A DNA stretch of 64,000 nucleotides from Candidatus Kapaibacterium thiocyanatum (lineage in GTDB: Bacteria > Bacteroidota > Ignavibacteria > Kapaibacteriales > Kapaibacteriaceae): the NCBI GenBank assembly GCA_001899175.1, contig MKVH01000002.1:287702-351701 (forward strand), in the 5' to 3' direction. Below the pieces are notes generated by a model. It did not search any database, was not told where the DNA came from, and was given only the letters and a program-made list of their open reading frames with translations. Positions 50,102 through 59,718 of the stretch are shown piece by piece (positions within the stretch are counted from its first letter, which is position 1; each line of letters opens with the position of its first letter). A program made the translations under genes and the position numbers.

Positions 50102-50541
50102 CGTCGACCGGCCGCCGTTGGCTTCTGTCCGCGCCGTTGATCGGCGCATCCATCACGTTGTTCTGGTTGTCGTCGATTCCCGGGCTCACCGTTCCGGATC
50201 TCGGCTTCGGCTGGCAGGACAAGCTCGTGCATGCGGCAGCCTATGCCGTCTATGGCATCGCCGTACAACTCGCCGTGATAGGGAACAGACCTAGCGTGTC
50301 CGCTTTCGGGCTCGCTTCGTGGTCGCTTTCTGTCGGCCTTGCTTTTGCGTTGACCGACGAATGGCACCAGTCGTACGTCCCGCACCGCGTTGCCGGATTC
50401 GATGACGTGGTTGCTGACGTTGTGGGGTTGCTGTTTTCCTGCGCACTGATTTCTTCGGTGCGATCGCGCTTCGGCGTTCGGGAGCAGGAGGCACGACGGC
50501 CGCAGCAGGGGGGGGGACGACGACGGGAGTCCGGTAACTGA
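50098..50541 (+). CDS. VanZ-family membrane protein
   Basis: DEWHQSYVPHRVAGFDDVVADVVG motif. ATGA-coupled to nnr. The 3' ~80 codons overlap dacB on the opposite strand. Confidence 0.7.
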   Translation: MTSTGRRWLLSAPLIGASITLFWLSSIPGLTVPDLGFGWQDKLVHAAAYAVYGIAVQLAVIGNRPSVSAFGLASWSLSVGLAFALTDEWHQSYVPHRVAGFDDVVADVVGLLFSCALISSVRSRFGVREQEARRPQQGGGRRRESGN

Positions 50542-52078
50542 AGGCTGCCAGTATCGCACCGGCATCGTTCTCCCTGGCCTTGTATGTACCGACGCTCGGA
50601 CCATTGGAGATGAAGGAGAAGGCGAGCGGTTCGCCATCGGCGGTAGTCACGTAGCCGGAAAGAGCGCTCACGTTCCGCAGCGTACCCGTCTTGCCCACGA
50701 GGTTGGCCTCGGCGCGCGTTCCCGTCATCCTGCCGCGCAACGTACCGTCGCGTCCGGCGATGGCCAGCGTCGCCCGGAACTCGTCCGCATAGGGCTGCGT
50801 GGCGATCTCGCGCAGGAGGTTGGTTTCGATGGACGCCGACACGCGGTTGCGTCGGGAGAGTCCGCTGCCGTCGTTGAACAGACATCCCGTTCGCTGGATG
50901 TCGAGCGAGTCGAGGATCTCGAGCATCGCCTTCTTCGCACGCACGGCCGTTGTCGTATGATCACCGCAATGGGCGCCGACCATCTTGAAGACATGCTCTG
51001 CGAGATAGTTGTCGCTGCGCTTGTTCACCACCGAGGCGAAGTCGACGAGGGGACGCTGGAACGAGACGAGGCGTCGTGCGGCCGGGGGCGCATGCTTTTC
51101 CGAAACGGTACCGTCGATGTCGATGCCGCCCGCCCGCAGTCTGCTGTAGAGCGTTCCCGCCGCCGCGAGTGCGGGACGTGACATCGAAACGTACTTCGAC
51201 ACGGTACGGTTGGCACCGGGTGAGCCGCTCACGACGAACTGCTGGAAGCCGTTGTCGAGCGTTCTGCTGTTGACCTGGAGCCGTCCGCGTCGTGCACGTC
51301 TGCCTTTCGCCGGTGCGCCTCCCGCAATGACGACATCGAAGGTCTCGCTCGACGGAATGGTCTGTACCGAAACGCGTCCACCGACGGAACCCGTCACGAG
51401 AACGGTGACGGTTCCCTTGTTGACCGTGAGCGCAGCGACGGGCGGCATGGGCTGTACCTGTTCACCATCGCCACTGTAGACGGCCCGGTCGCCGACGGGA
51501 TCGAAGTGCGAGTTGTCCGCATAGACGTTACCCGTGATGCGTTTCACGCCCGCGGCACGGACCTTGTCCGCGAGGTCTTCGAGATCGTTGACGGTGAGCA
51601 GGGCATCGCCACGGCCGATGAGATAGACGTTGCCGTGCAGCGTTCCCTTGTCGTCGAGTCGTCCGTCCGTATGGATGTCCGTGTTGATGCCGCCGTTCGG
51701 ACCGAAGAGATGGAAGGCCGCAGCGGTGGAGAAGAGCTTCGTCGTGGATGCCGGCGTCAGCATGAGGTTGGGATTGCGCTCGTAGAGCACGTTCCCTCGC
51801 TTGAGCGAGACGACGTAGCCGCTGAACTGCGCACTGCGATGGGCAGGACCACCGAAGACGGCATCGAGCCTGCTGCGCAATGCGGCGAGCGCCTTCGTGC
51901 TGTCGTATTGCGAAGGGATCGGAAGATTGATGGACGTTGGTTGCTGACGGGATGAATCCTGGGCACTGGCGCCGAAGCATGAGGCAAGGGCAACGATCGC
52001 CGTCAGCAGCGAAGGTATCGTCGAGCGGATGGACAACGGGAGTTCCTCAGTGGCTGCCGTGCAAAAATACGAGATCAT
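50291..52078 (-). CDS. dacB: D-alanyl-D-alanine carboxypeptidase/endopeptidase, PBP4 (peptidase S13) family, with basic C-terminal tail
   Basis: Active-site STTK (PASTTKLFSTAAAF). The C-terminal ~75 aa are K/R/Q-rich and encoded antisense to vanZ. Confidence 0.75.
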   Translation of the reverse strand: MISYFCTAATEELPLSIRSTIPSLLTAIVALASCFGASAQDSSRQQPTSINLPIPSQYDSTKALAALRSRLDAVFGGPAHRSAQFSGYVVSLKRGNVLYERNPNLMLTPASTTKLFSTAAAFHLFGPNGGINTDIHTDGRLDDKGTLHGNVYLIGRGDALLTVNDLEDLADKVRAAGVKRITGNVYADNSHFDPVGDRAVYSGDGEQVQPMPPVAALTVNKGTVTVLVTGSVGGRVSVQTIPSSETFDVVIAGGAPAKGRRARRGRLQVNSRTLDNGFQQFVVSGSPGANRTVSKYVSMSRPALAAAGTLYSRLRAGGIDIDGTVSEKHAPPAARRLVSFQRPLVDFASVVNKRSDNYLAEHVFKMVGAHCGDHTTTAVRAKKAMLEILDSLDIQRTGCLFNDGSGLSRRNRVSASIETNLLREIATQPYADEFRATLAIAGRDGTLRGRMTGTRAEANLVGKTGTLRNVSALSGYVTTADGEPLAFSFISNGPSVGTYKARENDAGAILAAFSYRTPVVVPPPAAAVVPPAPERRSAIAPKKSVRRKTATPQRQQPRHRIRQRGAGRTTGAIRRSTQKQGRQKATTKRARKRTR

Positions 52079-53028
52079 CCCGTGTAAGAACGTATCAGCA
52101 TCTCATATGCCGTATCGGTGATGATCTTTTCCGCGATTCCTGCAGGATCGCCCTCGTACCAGCGATAGCGCCGGTCTCTACCGAACCACGTAAGCTGACG
52201 CTTCGCGTAGTTGCGCGTCGACTGCTTCATCCGCTCGAGAGCGGTCGCTGCGTCCATCTCTCCGTGCAGTACGGCGAGCGCTTCCGTATAGCCCACGGTA
52301 TGCAGGGCCTGCGCAGTCGGCGGGATACCCAGTGCGAGGACGCGTTCCGTTTCCTGCACCAGGCCTGCCTCCCACATGAGGTCGCAGCGATGGTTGATGC
52401 GCTCGTACAGGATGGGACGAGGTTGCGTGACGACGATACGATGCGGTTCGTACGGTCCTGGTGTGCGTGGTGCATCCCATGTGGACGAGAAGGGCATTCC
52501 CGTCATCCGGTGATACTCGAGAGCACGGAGCACGCGCCGGGGATTCATGTCCGTATACCGTGCCGCAGCGCGCGGATCGATGATGGAGAGCTCGCGATAC
52601 AATGCCTCGCGTCCTTCTCGCTCGAAGCGCTCGTGCATATGGGCACGCACATCGGGATCGGTGGCGATGACCGTTTCCGACAGACCGTCCAGGAGCGCAT
52701 CGATGTAGAGCCCCGATCCTCCTACGAGGACAGGGAGGACGTCCGGGGCGATCCCCGCGATCGCCTTCGCGGCATCCCGTGCGTAGTCGGCCGCATTGTA
52801 CGGTTCCGACGGCTCGAGAAGGTCGATGCAGTGATGCGGGCAAACCCGTTGCTCGTCCGGTGTCGGCTTGGCCGTACCGATGTCGAGATGGCGGTAGACC
52901 TGACGCGCATCGGCACAGACGACTTCGATCCGGAGTCGTGCGGCGAGAGCGAGTGAGACGGCCGTCTTTCCTGCGGCCGTTGGACCGGCGATGACGAGAA
53001 CGGGACGATGGTCAGCGACCGGAGGCAT
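52075..53028 (-). CDS. miaA: tRNA dimethylallyltransferase
   Basis: P-loop VLVIAGPTAAGKT and a MiaA fold throughout. Start at the internal Met (MPPVADHRP). Confidence 0.88.
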   Translation of the reverse strand: MPPVADHRPVLVIAGPTAAGKTAVSLALAARLRIEVVCADARQVYRHLDIGTAKPTPDEQRVCPHHCIDLLEPSEPYNAADYARDAAKAIAGIAPDVLPVLVGGSGLYIDALLDGLSETVIATDPDVRAHMHERFEREGREALYRELSIIDPRAAARYTDMNPRRVLRALEYHRMTGMPFSSTWDAPRTPGPYEPHRIVVTQPRPILYERINHRCDLMWEAGLVQETERVLALGIPPTAQALHTVGYTEALAVLHGEMDAATALERMKQSTRNYAKRQLTWFGRDRRYRWYEGDPAGIAEKIITDTAYEMLIRSYTG

Positions 53029-53692
53029 CTTCCCATCCCTGGCGTCCGATGAGCGGAACGAACTTGAACGGCCCCAGGTCGTCGACCGACCACGTCTCGT
53101 CGCCCGTACGTGTGACGCGATAGAGCGTCTGCTGGTTGGTGTCACCTACAGGGACGAGCAGACGTCCTCCGATGGTGAGCTGTCGTGCCAGGGCTTCGGG
53201 AACGTCTGGTGCACCTGCCGTAACGATGATGCCGTCATAGGGTGCATGCTCCGTCCAGCCTATCGTACCGTCGCCATGACGGCACGTCACACGATAGCCG
53301 AGGGATTCGAGGATGGCGCGCGATTTCTGGTGAAGCGCGGCATGGCGTTCGATGGTATAGACGCGGGCGCCGAGTTCGGCGAGTACGGCTGCCTGGTATC
53401 CGCTGCCCGTTCCGATTTCGAGCACCTTCATACCCGGCACGACGGCCAGGTATTGCGTCATGAACGCAACGGTGAAGGGCTGGGAGATGGTCTGACGGTC
53501 GTCGATGGGCAGTGCCGTGTCTTCATAGGCGCGGCTGCGTATCGCCTGCGGTACGAACTGTTCGCGCGGGATGCGTCCTATCGCCGCGAGGACGTTCTGG
53601 TCGGTGATGCCACGCTGACGGAGCTGGAAGAGGAGGTGTTGACGTTGTTCGTCGAATACCGTGTTCGTTCTGGGATGATGACGGGATACCAT
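53012..53692 (-). CDS. pcm: Protein-L-isoaspartate O-methyltransferase
   Basis: VLEIGTGSGYQAAVLAEL SAM motif, PCMT fold. Confidence 0.88.
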   Translation of the reverse strand: MVSRHHPRTNTVFDEQRQHLLFQLRQRGITDQNVLAAIGRIPREQFVPQAIRSRAYEDTALPIDDRQTISQPFTVAFMTQYLAVVPGMKVLEIGTGSGYQAAVLAELGARVYTIERHAALHQKSRAILESLGYRVTCRHGDGTIGWTEHAPYDGIIVTAGAPDVPEALARQLTIGGRLLVPVGDTNQQTLYRVTRTGDETWSVDDLGPFKFVPLIGRQGWEDASGR

Positions 53693-53708
53693 GAAGATCG
53701 GAATGGGG

Positions 53709-54488
53709 TCATGATGCGGCCATTGCCGCGATATGTTCCTGGAGAAGGCTCTTGAGGTGCTCGGGAGCGATGTCTATTTCGAGGTCGCCCTGGTAGGCGA
53801 TGCTGATGGAGCCGGTTTCCTCCGAGACGATGAGGGCTACGATGTCGGCCTGTTCGCTGAGGCCCAGGCCGGCCCGGTGCCGGGTGCCGAGATTCTTCGT
53901 GCCCACCTTCTGCTGGCTGCTGAGAGGCAGGACGCAGCGTGCGGCTACGACGGTCTGGTTGTCGATCACCACGGCACCATCGTGCAGTGGCGAGCGGGGA
54001 TTGAAGATCGACAGCAGCAGTTCCGCCGATACGGCTGCCTGGAGTTCGATCCCGGTTTCGATGGTGACCTTGATATGTTCGGAACGGGAGAAGACGATGA
54101 GTGCACCGATGTGCTTGGCGGCCATTTCACGTGCGGCATCGACCACGTCGTCGATCGTCTCGTTGTCGCTGGTCCTGATGAACAGACGGAACAGACGTGA
54201 TTGTGTGAGCATGAGCAGCACGCGGCGCAGTTCGGGCTGGAACAGGACGATGAAGGCGATGAGACCGATGTCCGCGATACGTCTGAGCACCCAGTTCACA
54301 GTCTTCAGGTTCGCCGCCTCCGTGATGAAGGACAGGGCGAGGAGGATGACGAGGGCGAAGAGGATCTGGACGGCGACGGTATCGCGCAGGGCGCGATAGA
54401 CTACATAGAACAGGATGGCGATCACGAGCACGTCGATCACGTCGACGAGCCATACCGATAGAAAACCGATGCGGAACAGTTCGATCAT
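53709..54488 (-). CDS. cdaA: Diadenylate cyclase (c-di-AMP synthase), membrane-anchored CdaA type
   Basis: Three N-terminal TM helices plus a DAC domain (DGAVVI...GTRHRAGLGLSEQADIVALIVSEETG). Confidence 0.9.
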   Translation of the reverse strand: MIELFRIGFLSVWLVDVIDVLVIAILFYVVYRALRDTVAVQILFALVILLALSFITEAANLKTVNWVLRRIADIGLIAFIVLFQPELRRVLLMLTQSRLFRLFIRTSDNETIDDVVDAAREMAAKHIGALIVFSRSEHIKVTIETGIELQAAVSAELLLSIFNPRSPLHDGAVVIDNQTVVAARCVLPLSSQQKVGTKNLGTRHRAGLGLSEQADIVALIVSEETGSISIAYQGDLEIDIAPEHLKSLLQEHIAAMAAS

Positions 54489-55465
54489 GCAGTGGAGCCG
54501 TTGTTCAAATCCGCACGCTCGTAAGCGCCGATGATTTCCGCGACGAGACGGTGACGCACGACGTCGACCTTGTCGAATTCGACGAAGCCGATTCCCTGGA
54601 TTCCCTTGAAGAGCTGATGGACGTCCGTGAGGCCCGAGTCCGTACGTCTGGCGAGGTCGATCTGTGTGACGTCACCCGTGACGATCGCCTTGGAGTTCTT
54701 GCCGAGGCGCGTGAGGAACATCTTCATCTGCATCCTCGTCGAGTTCTGCGCTTCGTCGAGGATGATGAAAGAGTTGTTCAGCGTGCGGCCTCTCATGTAG
54801 GCGAGGGGAATGATCTCGACGATACGGCGATCGAGCATGCTCTTCAGCTTGTCGGGGCTCACCATATCGGCCAGGGCATCGAGCAGGGGGCGCAGATAGG
54901 GGTCGACCTTCTCCGAGATGTCGCCCGGAAGAAAGCCGAGCGATTCGCCTGCCTCCACGGCCGGACGGGACAGGATGATGCGTGTGACTTCGTTGGCGCG
55001 GAGCGCGCTCAGGGCCATGGCCACGGCGAGGAAGGTCTTGCCCGTACCTGCCGGCCCGATACAGAAGACGAGATCGTTCGATTGTGCCTTCTGATAGTAT
55101 TCCATCTGCCGCGGCGTGCGGGCGCGAATGACTTCCTTCTTGCCCCAGAGGATGACGCTGTCCAGTTCGTCCGTGCTCACCTGCGGGGCCTGGCCGGCAC
55201 GGCCGCCATCCACGAGGTCGATGATCATGGAGACATCCGTCAGGCTCAGCTTGCCGTTGCGTTGCAGCGTATAGAGAAGTTCATTGAAGATCATCTCGAT
55301 CTTGCGCACTTCGGCCGGCTCGCCGCGCAGGATGATCGTATCCCCGCGCACTGTGATGGCCGTATCGAACTTGTTCTCGATGAGCTGCAGGTTGGACTCC
55401 TGCGAACCGAACAGGTCGAGCGGGTCGACGTCGGTGATCTTGATCTTCTTTTCGACGATATGCAT
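54485..55465 (-). CDS. phoH: PhoH-family ATPase (YbeZ-like)
   Basis: Walker A GPAGTGKTFLAVAMAL, PhoH signature. Start at the internal Met (MHIVEKKI). ATGA overlap with cdaA. Confidence 0.85.
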   Translation of the reverse strand: MHIVEKKIKITDVDPLDLFGSQESNLQLIENKFDTAITVRGDTIILRGEPAEVRKIEMIFNELLYTLQRNGKLSLTDVSMIIDLVDGGRAGQAPQVSTDELDSVILWGKKEVIRARTPRQMEYYQKAQSNDLVFCIGPAGTGKTFLAVAMALSALRANEVTRIILSRPAVEAGESLGFLPGDISEKVDPYLRPLLDALADMVSPDKLKSMLDRRIVEIIPLAYMRGRTLNNSFIILDEAQNSTRMQMKMFLTRLGKNSKAIVTGDVTQIDLARRTDSGLTDVHQLFKGIQGIGFVEFDKVDVVRHRLVAEIIGAYERADLNNGSTA

Positions 55466-55559
55466 GCGTAGAAGGTTGGTTAGGGAATGGTTCGGCAACA
55501 TACGAAAAGGGCCGACCCTTTTGGGAGTCGGCCCTTGTGAAGATTCTTCGAACGGCTGA

Positions 55560-56393
55560 TCAATGACCTGCTTCGCTGCTCTTCTTTTCCGTTGCGGGAG
55601 CGGGCGTCGTTGCCGTGGTGGCGTCGGCGGCACGGACGGCTGCAGCGCGCTTCTTGCGCCAGTAGGAACGTTCAGCCTTCATTTCGTCGGAGGTCTTCGG
55701 ACCGGCCGGAGGAACCGTCAGTACCCAGCCCGGCTGGATGACGTCGGGGTTCTTGATCTTGTCGGTGTTGGCTTGCCAGATCTTGGGCCACTGGAACGGA
55801 TCGGCATAGATTTCGGGACGGCCGGAGATGTTCCAGAGGCAGTCGCGGTTTTCGGCCCACGTACCGACGGTGTACCCCTTGATCTTCTTCTCGCGGTAGA
55901 GACCCTTGATGTCACGGGCCAGGGCGATGATGCGATCGTAGAATTCGGGAAGGATGGAAACGCGTTCCTTGCGCATGTCGTTCAGTTGCGTTTCGAGTGC
56001 CTTCACTTCGTCCTGCTTGTCGGCGAGTTGATCGTCCGACATCCGCTGCATTTCACGAACGCGACCTTCGAGCTGGCCAAGGCGTTGGCGGAAGCTGGCG
56101 ACATCCGCTTCCGTTGCACCGAGCATCGAATAGATGTCGTCGTTGCATGCCTTCAGTCCCTGGACGGCTGCGGCGAGGTCGGACTCGGATTTCTGGATGT
56201 CGGTCTTGATGCCACCGAGCTTGGTGGACAGGGTGCCGTTCGAGCCCTTGTACTGGAGGATGCGTGCATCCGCTTCGTCGCACGTCAGTTCTTCATCGGG
56301 CTTCGTTGCCGGCGGCGGCGGTGTCTGGTCTTGCGCGAGTGCCGGGGCGATCATACCGCCACACAGCAATGCGATCAACAGAAGGTTCTTCAT
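55560..56393 (-). CDS. Secreted coiled-coil protein with C-terminal LysM peptidoglycan-binding domain
   Basis: Signal peptide MKNLLLIALLCGGMIAPALAQ, a heptad-rich middle, and LysM-like YTVGTWAENRDCLWNISGRPEIYADPFQWPKIWQAN. Confidence 0.6.
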   Translation of the reverse strand: MKNLLLIALLCGGMIAPALAQDQTPPPPATKPDEELTCDEADARILQYKGSNGTLSTKLGGIKTDIQKSESDLAAAVQGLKACNDDIYSMLGATEADVASFRQRLGQLEGRVREMQRMSDDQLADKQDEVKALETQLNDMRKERVSILPEFYDRIIALARDIKGLYREKKIKGYTVGTWAENRDCLWNISGRPEIYADPFQWPKIWQANTDKIKNPDVIQPGWVLTVPPAGPKTSDEMKAERSYWRKKRAAAVRAADATTATTPAPATEKKSSEAGH

Positions 56394-56449
56394 TGGTTTG
56401 ATCTCTTGAGTTGTTTCGTATTCAGTTCATTGGCAGGGAAGACAGGGGC

Positions 56450-56803
56450 TCAACGCTTCTTCTTCGTGTCCGTCTTCACCGGTTCGGTGGGAGCGGGCAC
56501 TGCGTTGGGGTTGTAATCTGGCCATACGTTGTCCGGCCACTTTGCCAATTTGTCCTGCACGAATGCCTTCTGTTCGTTGCATTTCCGAACGTCGTTCTGG
56601 CGCGAGCTCAACTCACCGGAGATGCGTGTCTTGTCACGCTCGGCCTTTTCGATATCGGCCGTGAGTTGTTTTTCTTCGGTGCGAAGCTGGCGTATCGACG
56701 CCAACTGCTCATCCTTGATCTTGCAAGTACACGACGAGAGCACGACTGCCGCACCCAGCGACAGTATGGCGGCGGCTCCTACCCCTACACGTGGAAAACG
56801 CAT
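56450..56803 (-). CDS. Small coiled-coil lipoprotein (hypothetical)
   Basis: MRFPRVGVGAAAILSLGAAVVLSSC lipobox, then a charged helical segment. Confidence 0.45.
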   Translation of the reverse strand: MRFPRVGVGAAAILSLGAAVVLSSCTCKIKDEQLASIRQLRTEEKQLTADIEKAERDKTRISGELSSRQNDVRKCNEQKAFVQDKLAKWPDNVWPDYNPNAVPAPTEPVKTDTKKKR

Positions 56804-56956
56804 AATCTCCTCCATTTGATACGACATGCGGTGAATGCACCGGGCTGCATTCGTGCTAATGCTGCTTGTGCGAGATTCGACCGCCGACTCAGGCTAATGT
56901 TCCCAAATATACTGATAACTTTGTGTACTCATCCTAGACGTTCGCGTTAACTCTCC

Positions 56957-59656
56957 ATGAATGAATTGCTGCCCAAGACCTACACTCCGGCGGATGCCGA
57001 ACCACGCTGGTATGCGGCGTGGGAACGTGCCGGACATTTCTCATCCGCTCCTTCCGAACGCGAGCCGTATTCGATCCTGATGCCGCCTCCGAACGTGACG
57101 GGTATCCTTCACTTCGGTCATGTACTGAACCATACGCTCCAGGATATGTATATCCGCTGGAATCGTCTGCGCGGCTTCGAGACATGCTGGTTTCCCGGAC
57201 TCGATCATGCCGGTATCGCCACGCAGTCGAAGGTCGAACAGGAGCTGAAGAAGGAAGGTCTCTCCCGTTACGATCTGGGTCGCGATGCCTTCGTCGATCG
57301 CGTGTGGCAATGGAAGGAGAAGTACGGTGGCATCATCCTCCAGCAGCTGCGGACTCTCGGCAACTCGTCGGACTGGGAGCGCACGCTGTTCACGATGGAC
57401 GACAGTGCTTCCAATGCCGTACGCGACGTCTTCATCCGGTTGTTCGATGAGGGACTGATCTATCGCGGCAAGCGCATCATCAACTGGTCGCCCGTGGCAC
57501 AGAGTGCGTTGAGCGACGAGGAGGTGGTATTCAAGGAAGTCAAGGAACACATCTATACGCTGCGATACCATCTCGAGGATGGTTCGGCGACGTTGCTCGT
57601 GGCGACGGTACGCCCGGAAACGATCTTCGCCGACGTCGCCGTGGCCGTGAATCCACGCGATGAACGGTATGCCCACCTGATCGGCAAATACGTCATCGTA
57701 CCGATCGGCGGACAACGCGTTCCGATCATCGCCGACGACTATGCCGATCCGACGTTCGGTACGGGCTGCGTGAAGATCACGCCCGCCCACGATCCGAACG
57801 ACTTCGAGATAGGCGTCCGTCACGGACTGCCGATGCCGTCGTGCATCAACGCCGATGCGACCCTGAACGAGCTGGCAGGGGAGTTTGCCGGTCTCGATCG
57901 CTTCAAGGGACGACGGAAGATCGTAACGGCGCTCGAAGAACGCGAGCTCATGGAGAAGGTCGAAGACTATACGCACAATGTCGGCTTCTCCGAACGTGGT
58001 GGCGAAGTCGTCGAACCGTATCTGAGCGATCAGTGGTTCGTCAACATGAAGCCTCTGGCGGAACCCGCGCTCAAGGTCGTCCTCGACGGTGAAGTCCGGT
58101 TCTATCCGGAACATTGGGTGAAGACGTACGAGCACTGGATGACGAATATCCGCGACTGGTGCATTTCGCGTCAGCTATGGTGGGGCCATCGCATTCCCGT
58201 CTACTATTCGGAGGATGGGCGCTACACTGCCGCCCATTCGTCGGAAGAAGCATGTGGAAAACTCGGCCTGCCCGCAGGAACGCCCCTGATCCAGGATCCG
58301 GACGTACTGGACACGTGGTTCTCGTCATGGCTCTGGCCGTTGACGACGATGGGATGGCAGGGCGAAGAGAACGGCAAGGAAGGCCCCGATGCCGCACGAC
58401 TCATGGACTACTACCTGCCGACCGATCTTCTCGTGACCGGGCCGGATATCATCTTCTTCTGGGTAGCACGGATGATCATGGCCACGCTCAAGTTCCGTGG
58501 TACGGTCCCGTTCAAGGATGTCTACTTCACGAGTATCATACGAGACAGCAAAGGCCGTAAGCTTTCCAAGTCGTTGGGTAATTCACCTGATCCGCTTGAC
58601 GTGATGTCGAAGTACGGCGCGGATGCAGTAAGATTTACAATGATTTACCTTGCTCCGCTCGGACAGGATGTGCGTCTCGACGTCGACGAGAAGACGCAGG
58701 ACATCCCCTCGATGGAGATCGGCCGTAACTTCGCGAACAAGCTCTGGAACGCGGCCCGTTTTCTCCAGATGAAGAAGGTCGAGGCCGATCTGCCGGAAGG
58801 AATCGCACCGTCCTTCACGTTATCAACAGCCGACATGTGGATAACGTCGCGCTACAACTCCACTGTAGCTGCTGCAACGCAAGCCCTTGAAGATTATAAG
58901 CTAACGGAATATTCGAAGACGCTCTACGACTTTGTCTGGCGGGACTTCTGCGACTGGTACGTCGAAGTCTTCAAGGTGCAGTTCAATGCGCATCAGGATG
59001 CCGGATATCGTGCGGGATTGCTCGTCTTCGCCTTCTCCATCTTCGAAGGCGTGTTGAAGCTCCTGCATCCCGTCATGCCGTTCCTTACCGACGAACTGTG
59101 GCATGGTCTGTTCGGACACGACGACGCCCGTACGGTAGGTCTCGCAGGTGTACCGGTCGTGGATGCCGCGGCCATCGTGCCTGATACGGAAGCCCGATTC
59201 GACCTGCTGCAGACCGTCGTCGAAGCCGTTCGTCGTCAGCGTGCCGAAATGGCCATTCCGCCGAGCGAACGTCTGCCGTTGCATCTGTCGTGCGATCCGG
59301 ACCTTGCCGCCTTCCTGGAAGAGCAGCGCAACATCATCGCGACGTTCGGTCGTTGCAGCGACCTCGTCATCGGTACGAATCTGCCGAAGCCTGCGGGCAG
59401 TGTCGCCGACGTCGTCCGGGGTGTGGAAGTCTTCCTCGTTCTCGAAGGCAAGGTCGATCTCGGCAAGGAACGTCAGCGTCTGACGAAGGAACTCGAGCGA
59501 CTGCGCGGGCAGATCGCCGGAATCGAGAAGAAGCTCTCCAACCAGGGATTCCTCGCCGGTGCCAGGCCCGACGTCGTGGATGTCGAACGACGGAAGCTGT
59601 CCGACTGGACCACGACGGCAACGAAGCTTGAGCAGAACATCGCCGGCCTGGCATGA
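56957..59656 (+). CDS. valS: Valine--tRNA ligase
   Basis: HIGH ([11 protein letters not shown]), KMSKS (KLSKSLGN), C-terminal coiled-coil. 899 aa. Confidence 0.97.
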   Translation: MNELLPKTYTPADAEPRWYAAWERAGHFSSAPSEREPYSILMPPPNVTGILHFGHVLNHTLQDMYIRWNRLRGFETCWFPGLDHAGIATQSKVEQELKKEGLSRYDLGRDAFVDRVWQWKEKYGGIILQQLRTLGNSSDWERTLFTMDDSASNAVRDVFIRLFDEGLIYRGKRIINWSPVAQSALSDEEVVFKEVKEHIYTLRYHLEDGSATLLVATVRPETIFADVAVAVNPRDERYAHLIGKYVIVPIGGQRVPIIADDYADPTFGTGCVKITPAHDPNDFEIGVRHGLPMPSCINADATLNELAGEFAGLDRFKGRRKIVTALEERELMEKVEDYTHNVGFSERGGEVVEPYLSDQWFVNMKPLAEPALKVVLDGEVRFYPEHWVKTYEHWMTNIRDWCISRQLWWGHRIPVYYSEDGRYTAAHSSEEACGKLGLPAGTPLIQDPDVLDTWFSSWLWPLTTMGWQGEENGKEGPDAARLMDYYLPTDLLVTGPDIIFFWVARMIMATLKFRGTVPFKDVYFTSIIRDSKGRKLSKSLGNSPDPLDVMSKYGADAVRFTMIYLAPLGQDVRLDVDEKTQDIPSMEIGRNFANKLWNAARFLQMKKVEADLPEGIAPSFTLSTADMWITSRYNSTVAAATQALEDYKLTEYSKTLYDFVWRDFCDWYVEVFKVQFNAHQDAGYRAGLLVFAFSIFEGVLKLLHPVMPFLTDELWHGLFGHDDARTVGLAGVPVVDAAAIVPDTEARFDLLQTVVEAVRRQRAEMAIPPSERLPLHLSCDPDLAAFLEEQRNIIATFGRCSDLVIGTNLPKPAGSVADVVRGVEVFLVLEGKVDLGKERQRLTKELERLRGQIAGIEKKLSNQGFLAGARPDVVDVERRKLSDWTTTATKLEQNIAGLA

Positions 59657-59718
59657 GGCCTGTCGGCTCATGCAGGGAATATTCATCGATCACGTACACA
59701 AGAACACGACCGCTCATT

